From Burkholderiales bacterium (GTDB taxonomy: Bacteria > Pseudomonadota > Gammaproteobacteria > Burkholderiales > Usitatibacteraceae): 37,708 nt of DNA. The translations under genes and the position numbers were made by a program. How positions within the stretch are numbered: the first letter of the stretch is position 1; every line of letters starts with the position of its first letter. Under the pieces are notes generated by a model. It had not been told where the DNA came from and did no database searches. It worked only from the letters and a program-made list of their open reading frames with translations. The DNA is taken from contig JAYVGG010000255.1 in NCBI GenBank assembly GCA_043772475.1, positions 1-37,708 on the forward strand. Reading direction: 5' to 3'. Positions 16,495 to 26,300 of the stretch are shown one piece after another.

Positions 16495-17868
16495 ATGGCA
16501 CACAATACCCAAGTTAATGCAGACCACAACGCACCGGCAATCACCACCATCCTCGCTGAGTTCATCGCCAATCATCCCTCACGCGGGTGGAGCCATGCGG
16601 TAGAAGCCGAAGCGCATCGCACGTTTTTTAACTGGTTGGGTTGCGCGATTGGGGCAGCAAATCATGAAGCGATGGAAGCGGCGCTGGCGGCAGTGAATGA
16701 GCTTCAACCCGCCGCACAGGCGAGCATCTTGGGGCGTAGTGAGAAAGTGGATATTGCGAGTGCGGCACTACTCAATGGTATTTCATCGCACACGTTTGAC
16801 TTTGATGACACGCACTTAAAAACCATCATCCACCCGGCAGGTCCGGTGGCTTCCGCCATCTTGGCGCTCGCCGAAAAAAATGGCGCATCGGGCCGCGAGA
16901 TCATTGATGCGCTCGTGATCGGTATTGATGTCTCATGCCGACTCGGCAACATGATGTACCCGCAGCACTATGATCGCGGCTGGCACATCACGGGCTCTAC
17001 CGGCACGTTAGGTGCGGCGGCGGCGTGCGCGCGTTTACTGAAACTCGACGCGAAAAAAACCGCGATGGCGTTAGGAATTGCCGCCTCACAACCCATCGGC
17101 CTACGTGAGCAATTCGGCACCATGACCAAGCCCTTTCACCCCGGTGCGGCCGCGCGGGCGGGCATGATGTCAGCACTGATGGCCAAGCACGGCTTTACGT
17201 CTTCCGGCAAAGCGCTTGAGGCACCACGTGGCTTCGCGCAAGTGGTCTCGACCAAATTTGATTGGAGCGAAGTCACGACCGATCTCGGTAAGCGCTTCGA
17301 GATTTCGTACAACACCTACAAGCCGTTTGCCTGCGGCATCGTGGTGCATCCGACGATTGATGCTTGCGTGCAGTTGCGTAACGAGCACGGCATTCGCGCC
17401 GACGATGTCCTGCGAATTGACCTACGTGTGCATTCGCTCGTGCTTGAGCTCTGCGGTAAAAAAGCACCAAAGGATGGGCTCGAAGGCAAATTCAGCGTTT
17501 ACCACGGGGCTGCGGCAGGCCTTATTTTTGGACAAGCGGGTGAGCCGGAATACGCGGATGACATCGTCAATCGTGCCGATATGGTGGCTGTGCGCGGCAA
17601 GATTGTGGCGGTGGTGGATGATGCGATTCACGAGGCATCCGTTGACGTAACGGTGACGTGCCATGACGGGCGTAGCGTGCATTTGTTTGTCGAGCACGCG
17701 ATTGGCAGCGTTGAGCGGCCGATGAGCAATGCACAACTCGAGGCGAAGTTCGACGGCATGGTGCATCCGGTGTTGGGTGCTGCCAAGGCGGATGAAATTA
17801 AGAAGCTGTGCTGGGCATTATCGACACAAAATAATGTAAGCGCACTCACCGCCGCTGCAAGGCCATGA
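16495..17868 (+). CDS. MmgE/PrpD family protein (paralog 1)
   Basis: 457 aa. PrpD-family motifs NG.SSH..DFDDTH, HP(A)GPV, GWH.TGS.G..GAAAA. Confidence 0.8.
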   Translation: MAHNTQVNADHNAPAITTILAEFIANHPSRGWSHAVEAEAHRTFFNWLGCAIGAANHEAMEAALAAVNELQPAAQASILGRSEKVDIASAALLNGISSHTFDFDDTHLKTIIHPAGPVASAILALAEKNGASGREIIDALVIGIDVSCRLGNMMYPQHYDRGWHITGSTGTLGAAAACARLLKLDAKKTAMALGIAASQPIGLREQFGTMTKPFHPGAAARAGMMSALMAKHGFTSSGKALEAPRGFAQVVSTKFDWSEVTTDLGKRFEISYNTYKPFACGIVVHPTIDACVQLRNEHGIRADDVLRIDLRVHSLVLELCGKKAPKDGLEGKFSVYHGAAAGLIFGQAGEPEYADDIVNRADMVAVRGKIVAVVDDAIHEASVDVTVTCHDGRSVHLFVEHAIGSVERPMSNAQLEAKFDGMVHPVLGAAKADEIKKLCWALSTQNNVSALTAAARP

Positions 17869-19250
17869 GTGAACCAGCCGTCGCCGAAAAACTAGCGGCA
17901 GCGATACACGCTGCCACCCGCGCAGGCATCCCGCCTGCCATGCGTGCCATGGCGCAACGCTTGGTGCTCGATATCGCTGGCCTCTGTATTGCTGCACGCC
18001 AGAGTGACTACGTGGCCGCCACCATCGCGGGCACGAGTGAGCCGGGTGTGTGTACGGTGATCGGCCACGCGGGCAGGATGGACGTGGCCTCGGCAGCCCT
18101 CATCAACGGCACGGCTTCCCACGGCGAAGATTTTGATGACACCTACGAGGGCGGCCCGGTGCATTCGGGCGTGGTGATTGTGCCGGCTGTTTTAGCCGCA
18201 GCCGAGCGGCATGGACTGTCGGGTGAAGATGTTTTAGACGGCATCGCAATCGGCTGCGAAGTGATGTGCCGCTTATGTGCCGTTAAGCCAAAAGCCTTAC
18301 ACCACGCGGGTTTCCACCCGACTGCTATCTTTGGCGTGATTGGTGCAACGGCTGCCGTAGCGGCTGCCTTAAAACTCACGCCCGCACAAACGGCATCGGC
18401 ATTTGGCATTTCGGGCAGCATGGCGGGTGGCATCATCGAGTATCTAGCGGAAGGCACGTGGACGAAACGGATGCACCCCGGCTGGGCCGCGCAGAGTGGC
18501 TATCGTGCGGCACGATTGGCCGAGGCCGGGTTCGCCGGGCCGCGCACTGTATTTGAAGGTGAGCATGGGCTTTTCAACGGCTTCGCGCGCGCCAAGACGG
18601 GCGAATGCAATTGGCCGGGGCTACTCAATGATTTCGGCACGCGCTGGGCATCCGTCGATATCGCTTTCAAGGCCTACGCCTGTGGAACGATGACGCATCC
18701 GTACATCGACTGCGCGCGCGCCCTTGCTGCCACGATGAAATCAAGCGGCAGCGCCTTAGAGGCGATCAAGGAAATTGAATGCGAAACCTCCGACGGCTAC
18801 GTGCATCGCCTATGGGAGCCGCTCGCGAATAAGCAACGTCCGCCGAACGCCTACGCCGCCAAATTCAGCGTGCCGTATGCGATTGCGGTGGCGATGATTT
18901 TTGACGATGCGGGCTTGAGCCAGTACACCGAAGCGATGGTCGCCGACCCGCGCGTGCAAGCGCTCGCGACGAAAATCCACTACATCGTGGATCCGCAAAA
19001 CCCATATCCGGCGCGGTACACGGGGCATTTACGGATTACGCTTCGTGACGGAAAAATCATCGAAGGCCGACAGCCGCATCTGCGTGGTGGGGTGGCTGAG
19101 CCGTTGTCCGATGACGATATTACGCAGAAATTTTTTGCTAATTGTGTGCATGGTGGGATGACGCGCATAGAAGCGAATGCCGCGAAAAAAATGTTGGATG
19201 AGATTTTTTCGGCGAGCCAGATTGATCTGGCGACATTACGGTTTACCTAA
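17865..19250 (+). CDS. MmgE/PrpD family protein (paralog 2)
   Basis: 461 aa. Motifs NGTASHGEDFDDTY, GFHPTAIFG..GA.AA. The start overlaps the paralog 1 stop (ATGA), which implies translational coupling. Confidence 0.8.
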   Translation: MSEPAVAEKLAAAIHAATRAGIPPAMRAMAQRLVLDIAGLCIAARQSDYVAATIAGTSEPGVCTVIGHAGRMDVASAALINGTASHGEDFDDTYEGGPVHSGVVIVPAVLAAAERHGLSGEDVLDGIAIGCEVMCRLCAVKPKALHHAGFHPTAIFGVIGATAAVAAALKLTPAQTASAFGISGSMAGGIIEYLAEGTWTKRMHPGWAAQSGYRAARLAEAGFAGPRTVFEGEHGLFNGFARAKTGECNWPGLLNDFGTRWASVDIAFKAYACGTMTHPYIDCARALAATMKSSGSALEAIKEIECETSDGYVHRLWEPLANKQRPPNAYAAKFSVPYAIAVAMIFDDAGLSQYTEAMVADPRVQALATKIHYIVDPQNPYPARYTGHLRITLRDGKIIEGRQPHLRGGVAEPLSDDDITQKFFANCVHGGMTRIEANAAKKMLDEIFSASQIDLATLRFT

Positions 19251-19291
19251 TTTTCACCACACACGAAATTGATTTAGTGCGCGCATCATGC

Positions 19292-19405
19292 GAAGCACTT
19301 CCCCCTTTGGAAAAGGGGGATTGAGGGGGATTTCACAGCGGTTGCGAATCGCTCACGTCCGAAAATTCTCCTCAATCCTCCTTTGCAAAGGAGGAAGTGC
19401 CTTGC
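19292..19405. repeat. Composite palindromic REP/MITE-like element: two inverted copies of a ~42-nt hairpin-containing unit
   Basis: The left arm 19292-19333 is gaagcacttCCCCCTTTggaAAAGGGGGattgagggggattt. The reverse complement of the right arm 19363-19405 is gcaaggcacttCCTCCTTTGCAAAGGAGGattgaggagaattt. A 29-nt centre separates the arms. Confidence 0.7.
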
Positions 19406-19458
19406 GAAATTCCCGACAAATTTGCAGCTTCGTCGTTCGCTACCTTCCAAGGATTTAC

Positions 19459-20217
19459 ATGACCTCACAACCCACCCGCGTCGCCATCATCACCGGAGCA
19501 GGCCGCAATATCGGCCGCGCAATTGCGCTCAGACTCGCGCGCGATGGGGTTGCGATCACCGTGAACGTGCGCGAAAGTATTGATGAAGGTGAGGCCACCG
19601 TCGCCGCCATCAAAGCCATCGGCGGGCAAGCGATACTGGTGCAGGCCGACATCACCAAACGCGACCAAGTAGATCGCATGGTGGCCGCCACCCTCGCCCG
19701 CTTTGGCCGTATCGACATTCTTGTCAACAACGCGGGCATTCGTAAAGAAGTCCCGTTTGAACAACTCGATTACGCAACGTGGCGGCAATCGCTCGATGTC
19801 TGCCTCGATGGTGCCATGCACTGCGCGCAGGCCTGCCTCGCTGCACTCAAAGCGGCTGACGGCGGACGACACATCATCAATATCGGCGGGCTCACCGCGC
19901 ACACCGGGGGTGCCGAGCGCGCGCATGTGATCACCGCCAAGGCGGGCTTGGTCGGCCTCACGCGCGCCTTAGCGTGCGAGCTCACGCCCATGGGCATCAC
20001 GGTGAACTGCGTCTCACCGGGCATGATCGACACGGTGCGCGTGGGCACGAGTGCCTCGGCCAAACCCGCGCACCACGCGGGCCGCAATATGCTTACCGGC
20101 CGACGTGGTACCGCCGAAGAAGTGGCAGAGTCGGTAGCGTGGCTCACGGGCCCCGGCGGGCAGTATGTGACGGGGCAGGTGATTCACGTGAATGGTGGCG
20201 TGTATTTGGGCGGATAG
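19459..20217 (+). CDS. SDR-family oxidoreductase
   Basis: ATG at 19459 follows AAGGA. Contains TGAGRNIGRAIA (the TGxxxxIG cofactor-binding motif) and the NNAG motif. The usual YxxxK is replaced by HVITAK. The listed 5' extension runs through the palindromic element. Confidence 0.8.
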   Translation: MTSQPTRVAIITGAGRNIGRAIALRLARDGVAITVNVRESIDEGEATVAAIKAIGGQAILVQADITKRDQVDRMVAATLARFGRIDILVNNAGIRKEVPFEQLDYATWRQSLDVCLDGAMHCAQACLAALKAADGGRHIINIGGLTAHTGGAERAHVITAKAGLVGLTRALACELTPMGITVNCVSPGMIDTVRVGTSASAKPAHHAGRNMLTGRRGTAEEVAESVAWLTGPGGQYVTGQVIHVNGGVYLGG

Positions 20218-21318
20218 ATGATGCGTAACGAGCCCGCAGAACAGCCGATGGCCGACACCGCACTGACACGGCGGCGCATCAATCAATGTCTCGCCGCCGC
20301 ACTCGTCGCGAGTGCCGTACCCGCGCCCCTGTGGGCAAGCACGCCCACGCGCACGGCACGCCTCCCGCTCGTGCGACCCGCCGCACTCAAGCGCGGCGAT
20401 GTCGTTGGTGTGATCGCGCCGAGCGGTTTTATGGTGGACGATGAGATTGAGGCCAAGACCCGTGGGCTGGAGGCGGCGGGGTTCCGCGTAAAACTCGCGG
20501 CCAACATTCGCGCTGCACGTGGCAATACCGGCGGCACGATTGCCGAGCGCGTCGCTGACGTACACGCGATGTTCGTTGATCGCGACGTAAAGGCGATCTG
20601 GGCGGGGCGCGGCGGCTCAGGCGCATCACAGCTATTGCCGCACCTTGATTACGCATTGATTCGCCGTCACGCAAAAATCTTGATCGGCTATTCCGACATC
20701 ACGGCACTCTTGGTCGCGATCAATAAATTATCCGGGCTCGTCACGTTTCACGGCCCGGTTGCGTTTCGCAGCATCGCTGATTATTCGCTCTGGCAAATCG
20801 AAACCATGCTGATGCAGCCCTCGGACGGCACCACCATCCACATGGCACACGCCAACGCAAAGCGCGCCGAGGCAGAGCCCGCGTATCAGTTACGGACATT
20901 GATAAAAGGTGTGGCGGATGGCGTGCTCGTCGGCGGAAACTTGAGCGTGCTCGCCGCCATGGTGGGCACGCGCTTTCAGGCGGATATGCGCGGCGCGATT
21001 TTGTTTTTAGAAGACGTTGGTGAAGCGCCTTATCGGGTGGATCGCATGTTGACCCAGCTCGCACAAAATCAGGACATGCGCCAGATTGCCGGCGCGATGT
21101 TGGGCGTATTTCGCCTGCGGCAGAATCAAGTGGAAGAAGACAAATTAACGATGGACATGGCGCTCAACGATCATTTCGCCAACCTCGGCCGCCCGGCCGT
21201 GGCCGGGTTCTCGTTCGGGCACATTGCGGATCAGTTCACGATACCCATCGGCATTCGCGCGAGGCTCGATACCGAGGCCGCTACGCTGACGCTCCTTGAG
21301 AGCGCGGTTCGCGTTTGA
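20218..21318 (+). CDS. S66-family LD-carboxypeptidase-like peptidase with an N-terminal export signal
   Basis: 366 aa. Motifs GDVVGVIAPSG, ...IWAGRGGSGASQLLP.LDY..I......LIGYSDITAL, and a His near the C-terminus (FGH). The signal-like segment is TRRRINQCLAAALVASAVPAPLWA. The start (20218 or 20248) is uncertain. Confidence 0.7.
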   Translation: MMRNEPAEQPMADTALTRRRINQCLAAALVASAVPAPLWASTPTRTARLPLVRPAALKRGDVVGVIAPSGFMVDDEIEAKTRGLEAAGFRVKLAANIRAARGNTGGTIAERVADVHAMFVDRDVKAIWAGRGGSGASQLLPHLDYALIRRHAKILIGYSDITALLVAINKLSGLVTFHGPVAFRSIADYSLWQIETMLMQPSDGTTIHMAHANAKRAEAEPAYQLRTLIKGVADGVLVGGNLSVLAAMVGTRFQADMRGAILFLEDVGEAPYRVDRMLTQLAQNQDMRQIAGAMLGVFRLRQNQVEEDKLTMDMALNDHFANLGRPAVAGFSFGHIADQFTIPIGIRARLDTEAATLTLLESAVRV

Positions 21319-21339
21319 CGTAGCAGCACGTCGCAGAGA

Positions 21340-21726
21340 TCAAAGCGCTGCCACCGCCTCAATCTCCAGCAGCAATCCATAGTGCAGCTGCGGCACCGGC
21401 ACCACCGCGCGCGCGGGCTTGGCGTCCCCTGCCCACGCGGCGTAGATCTGATTAAACGCCGCCCAGTTCTCAATATCGGTCACGTACACGCGCACCTGTA
21501 CGAGATTGGCGACAGTGAGCTTGTGGGCACGCAGCACTGCCGCAATGTTGGCCAATGTTTGCGTGGCCTGCACGGCGAACGATGCCGAAGCGAGTTTGTT
21601 GCCGTTAGCATCAATCGGCAGTTGGCCCGCGATAAACAGCATCCCGTTCGCGGCAACGCCGTGGCTGTAATGGCCGCCGGGCGTGGGCATGTCGGTGGGG
21701 TTGGTGTAGGTGATTTTTGCGTTCAT
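21340..21726 (-). CDS. RidA/YjgF family reactive-intermediate deaminase
   Basis: 128 aa. Contains P.GHYSH.V..NG.LFIAGQ...D..G and ...AR..V.V..L......EIEA.A. Confidence 0.8.
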   Translation of the reverse strand: MNAKITYTNPTDMPTPGGHYSHGVAANGMLFIAGQLPIDANGNKLASASFAVQATQTLANIAAVLRAHKLTVANLVQVRVYVTDIENWAAFNQIYAAWAGDAKPARAVVPVPQLHYGLLLEIEAVAAL

Positions 21727-21759
21727 GTTTGTTCCTTGCGTGTCGATGCGCGCGGTAAG

Positions 21760-22899
21760 CTACCAGCCCGAAAAGCGCGGCCATTCTTGCAGACCGCCGT
21801 TTTCATCGCGCGCGATGTAGTGCGGGAATTGTGCCGCCGTTGCACAAGCGTGATTGGGCAGGATCCGCCACTGGCTACCGATGGGAAAGCGTTGCACGAG
21901 GTCAGCGTCAATCGCGCCATCGCGACGCGCGATGATGCCGTGCTCTTGATTGGCAGCACACATCACGTAATCGTCGAGCACGCGCCCACCCTCCCCGCAC
22001 ACGGCACCGTAGCCGTAGTCGGTGGCTTGGCTCTGGGTGCCACGATCACGGCTCATCGCCATCCAGCCCGCATCGACAATCACCCAGCCCTTCTCGGCTT
22101 GGTGACCGATCACGGTGGTGAGCACACTGAGCGCAATCTCATCAAGCGAACACACGCCCACACCCGCCATCACCAAGTCGAAAAAAACATACACACCAGC
22201 GCGCACTTCGGTAACGCCGTCTAACTGCGTTGCCGAAAGCGCCGTCGGCGTCGAGCCCACACTCACGAGCGGGCACGCGATCCCCGACTCGCGTAAGCGC
22301 GTGGCCGCCCGCACCGCCGCCGCGCGCTCCTGCTCGGCGATAGCTTCAAGTGCAGCCGTGGTGTGGCAATCGTAGGAGCTCCCGGCATGCGTCATCACAC
22401 CTAAAAAATTAGCACCACCGCGATCAAGAATATGCCCAATCTCTAATAGGGACGCGGCGTTTGGGGCGATTCCGCTGCGATGGCCGTCGCAGTCGATCTC
22501 GATCAAGACATCAAAAACATGCTGTGCAGCCGCACCGATTTTCACCACTTCTCGCGCAGTGGCAACCGAATCAACCAATATTTGCAGCGCACAACCACGC
22601 GCGCGCAAGGCCAATGCGTGTGGGATTTTATTGGGCGCAATGCAGACGGCATAGAGGATGTCTATAAAGCCCGCCGCAAAAAATGCCTCAGCCTCGCGCA
22701 GCGTAGAAACGGTGATACCGCGCGCACCCGCATCGCGCTGACGCGCAACGATTTCCACACATTTGCTGGTTTTGACGTGCGGGCGAAAACTAACGCCGAG
22801 CGATTGCAGGCGCGATTGCATACGCGCGATGTTCGCTGTCATCTGCGCGACATCGACAAGGGCGACGGGGGTTTCGATGGTGGGTGGGGATGGGCTCAT
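21760..22899 (-). CDS. PLP enzyme of the alanine-racemase-N / D-serine dehydratase-like (DSD1, D-threonine aldolase) family
   Basis: 379 aa. Contains RPHVKTSKC (PLP Lys) and the C-terminal pattern ...ILPNHAC.T. It lies 33 nt upstream of RidA on the same strand. Confidence 0.65.
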   Translation of the reverse strand: MSPSPPTIETPVALVDVAQMTANIARMQSRLQSLGVSFRPHVKTSKCVEIVARQRDAGARGITVSTLREAEAFFAAGFIDILYAVCIAPNKIPHALALRARGCALQILVDSVATAREVVKIGAAAQHVFDVLIEIDCDGHRSGIAPNAASLLEIGHILDRGGANFLGVMTHAGSSYDCHTTAALEAIAEQERAAAVRAATRLRESGIACPLVSVGSTPTALSATQLDGVTEVRAGVYVFFDLVMAGVGVCSLDEIALSVLTTVIGHQAEKGWVIVDAGWMAMSRDRGTQSQATDYGYGAVCGEGGRVLDDYVMCAANQEHGIIARRDGAIDADLVQRFPIGSQWRILPNHACATAAQFPHYIARDENGGLQEWPRFSGW

Positions 22900-23014
22900 G
22901 GCTGTGGATCATAGCGTGGAAATCGCTAGTCTCCTCGGCTTGGCTATAAGGCGAGAGCGCCGCGGTGGAAATGCTTTTTCTCCGCTTGGTGTGCTGTCTA
23001 TTTGCCACGACCGA

Positions 23015-23113
23015 GCCGGGGGTTGCCCGGCGGCAAGTCACTTTTTTTGCTTCGCCAAAAAAAGTAACCAAAAAAAGGCGACCCGATGTTCGTCGCCCCG
23101 CAAAAGCGCGGGG
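23015..23113. repeat. Cluster of four consecutive hairpins in a 490-nt intergenic region (REP-like or small-RNA-like)
   Basis: GCCGGG-ggttg-CCCGGC (23015-23031). ACTTTTTTT-gcttcgcc-AAAAAAAGT (23040-23065). GGCGAC-9 nt-GTCGCC (23077-23097). CCCCGC-aaaagc-GCGGGG (23096-23113). Confidence 0.55.
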
Positions 23114-23389
23114 TGCCCAAAATTTCGCGTCATCGCCGGGCCGCTGCGCAACTCGTGGCTCGTGGTGTGGTTAGCGCATAAGGGTACGGTGGGTGCTCGC
23201 CACTCAGACAGTGCTCGCGGACAGCCCCCGGCGCTGACGCAAAATTTTGGCGACTCTCAAACGGGAATTCCAGAGCCCGATTAGTCGCAATGGCCTTCCT
23301 AATCCTGCATGTTCGCAATACCGCATCCGATTCAGTAATCTCCAAACTGGACATTCACCAACTCAGCACCAATGTCCACCCGCCAAACC

Positions 23390-26300
23390 TCAAAACCCAG
23401 CCACAGGCTCGCTATTGTCGTCCCACACATTACCAACACCACGGAGCGGGTTAACCGTGAAAGGATACTTGGGGCCCAAGGCTGCGGCGCGGCCAAAGCG
23501 GTTGTGGCTAAACACGCTCGCGGTCGCGTCGATATGCACGGTGTAGCCGCCGCCATCGAGCCAATTACCGGTGATGTTGAGTCTCGTTACGTTATCGCCA
23601 CTGATTGAAATCGCATTGGACGCTGCTGCGGGTGCCACGATGGTGTTGCCGCGCAGCGTGATATTGCTAATGGCCGCACTGTAAATCCCGCCGATGGCAG
23701 CACCGCTGTTGTTGTGGAGGTAGGACTGCTCTACACGCGTGTCGTACGCGGTGGCGATGGCGTTGCCGCACCCGCTAATGTCCGCGCGCAGCACAGTGAG
23801 GGACGAGCCCAGAATACAAAACCCACCCCCGCCGCCGGTGATGGTGACATCTTCAAAGCGCGTGCCGGTGACACCGTCCGCGATCACCACCAGCGCCCAA
23901 TTGTTGGCGGTGATTGCGCTTCCTTTGAAGGTCACGTTGTTTGCGGTCACGAACACGGGCTCGGTGATCGCGACGGCTTCAATCACGCTATTAGGTATAT
24001 CAATGGTGGTGTTGCCCGCATAGGGCGTGAGCGTGATACCGGCCGGCACGCCGGTGTTGGCGCGCGTGGGCTTACTTGCCCGTGGCGCATCGGCGGTGAT
24101 GACACTGCTCTGCGCCGAGGCAACACGTGCCGTGCCGAGTGGATTGGCCGCGGTCACCACGACGCGCACCGCTACCCCCTCCTCGGCTGTTGTGAGCCGC
24201 TGTGTTGGCGTGGTGGCGTTCGCGATATCAACACACGCATTGTTCGCATCACAGCGCTGCCATTGGTAGGTGATGGTGGGTGCGGGCTCACCCAGCCATT
24301 TTCCCGCCGTTGCGCTGAGCGTTGCGTTGACTTGCGCGGTGCCGGTGACGATGGGGGCGACGGTGTTGGCGGGCGCGCGCGGCACCGCTGCCACGGGTGT
24401 CATGCGGACAAAGCTGATGCTCCACGGCGCGCTCGTGATCGACACCTGCTGGTCGCTGACGGTACTACTGGTCGCCGCCACATAGCCATCGGTGGTGCCA
24501 TCGTAGGTGTAGGGGGTGGCGCTTGCCATCGCGTTGCAGTCGGCGAGTGCGAGCGTGGTGGTCGCGGTTTTGTCGTCGGAAAGATTGATGACCGCAGCGA
24601 TGATTTCACCGCTGGCGCTATCTTGTGAGCCGAACACCGAGACACTGCCATCGCCGCTACCGAGCGCAGGTAGAACGCGCGTGTCAATCGAGGTATCCCC
24701 AAAGCCGCGCCCTTCACCATCGAAATTACGAAACCCTTTGAACGCCCAATAGAGTGGCGTTTTTTCGGCGGGGTAGGTCCAGTAGTAGGCGGAATCCACA
24801 CCGGGGAAGCGCTGCCCACCCACGGTGATGGCCTGACCAAACCGACCCAGCGTTTCCGCCTGCGCGACCGCACCGCTCATGTGGCCTTCAGCCCCAAAGC
24901 TGTATTCACCAATCGAGATGCCGAGCCCCGGATAGTTGTCTTTGATCCAGCCTTGCAAGGTTGGCAGTAAATTCACCGGCGGATTGCCAACCTGCCCGTA
25001 CCAAGATTCGTCAACGTAGCCCGCATCCCACAACGAGCGCGTGGAGCGGACGCGTAGACGTGACGTGGCAAGATCAAGCCTGCCACCATAAACGCCGCTG
25101 CCCTGCGGGTAATAGTGCGTGTCAAAAAGATCAAGGAGTTTGATGCCCGTTGCGGTCTCATGGGCTTTGAGCTCACGCAAATACCACGGAGCCATATCAC
25201 CACCGACCAACGCACGGTCGGAGCCCGCACCCCCCGCCCAGAGTGCATTGTTATTGTCGTAATCACTAAAGCGCAGCGCGAATAACCCCGATGTGGCAGG
25301 CCCTGCGATTTTTGCGTTCGGCTCCGCGCGGCGGATCGCGCTCGCAAAAGTTTTGTTGTTCTCCACAAGCTCTGCCGCACGTAGCCGCGTCGTGCGCACA
25401 TCGCGGTGCGTGTCGCCCCAGAGATCGGGCTCGTTATCGAGAATGTAATGGTCAATCCGCCCGCCTTTCGCACGCGCGGCCTCACGTAGCGCGCCCACCC
25501 ACGCGGCCGCGTCTGCGGGCGTGAAGGCAACACTCGTCTGCGTTGGCGGCTGCGTGACCGTGAGATTGGTGCCCGCCGGGCTGCGGCCATTGCCGGCATC
25601 CGGGCGGTAGATGTCAGTGGCATTTTGCGCGCCATAAATACCTACCGGGAATCCACTCGCGCTCGCATCCTTCGCAACCCAGCCGAGTGTGGGGATGCTC
25701 ACCGCACTCCCCACCGCGTGTTCGGCATTGTCCGCGACGTACTGCTGCCAAGTGCGGTTGGTGCGAATGTTCTCAAAGAAATAATCGTTGGCGGTATTCC
25801 ACGCGCTGATCGCGGGGTTATAGCGCGATGTTGGGTTACCACCCCAACGACGGCTGGTAGCCCCTATCGACCACTGCGCGGGACTACCGTTGGCACCCGC
25901 AAAAAAATCGGTAACGTCGGCGTAGGCGATGCCGTAAATGCGCGGGCTGATTGGCACCGTCTGCGCACACTGCAAGGTGGCACTGGCCGTGGCGCGCGTC
26001 GGCGTGGTGGAGGCACCCGCGCGTGTCGGGGCTTGCGGGGTAACGGTGGGTGCGCCGCTCACGAGCACGTCGTTCACACGCACGAGCGAGCGTGCGGGCC
26101 AGTCGCTGGTTGCTTGCAATTGCAGGCCGTCAAAATTGAGCCCGCTTGGGTTCAAGACTTCCATTGGAATCGTGATGCTGATGAAGCCCGCGCTGTCTGG
26201 CACCAGCCCCGCAGTCGGCACCGCGTGCGAGAGAAAAATCCCGCCGTAATTATCTTGGCGCGTCAACGTCACGTTGAGAAAATTGGTCGTCGTCGAGAGC

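Noticed and set aside
19288-19458. 5' extension of the SDR ORF and the opposite-strand ORF 19286-19468
   Set aside because: Both are translations of the palindromic repeat element. The SDR cofactor-binding N-terminus and an AAGGA SD fit the ATG at 19459.
21382-22224. 280-aa + strand ORF
   Set aside because: It lies antisense to the RidA and PLP-enzyme genes, both of which have clear family motifs. It is Arg/His-rich with no motifs. The same reasoning rejects 11026-11667 +, 14277-14900 +, 20014-20565 -, 23714-24628 +, 24973-25635 - and 25625-26533 +.
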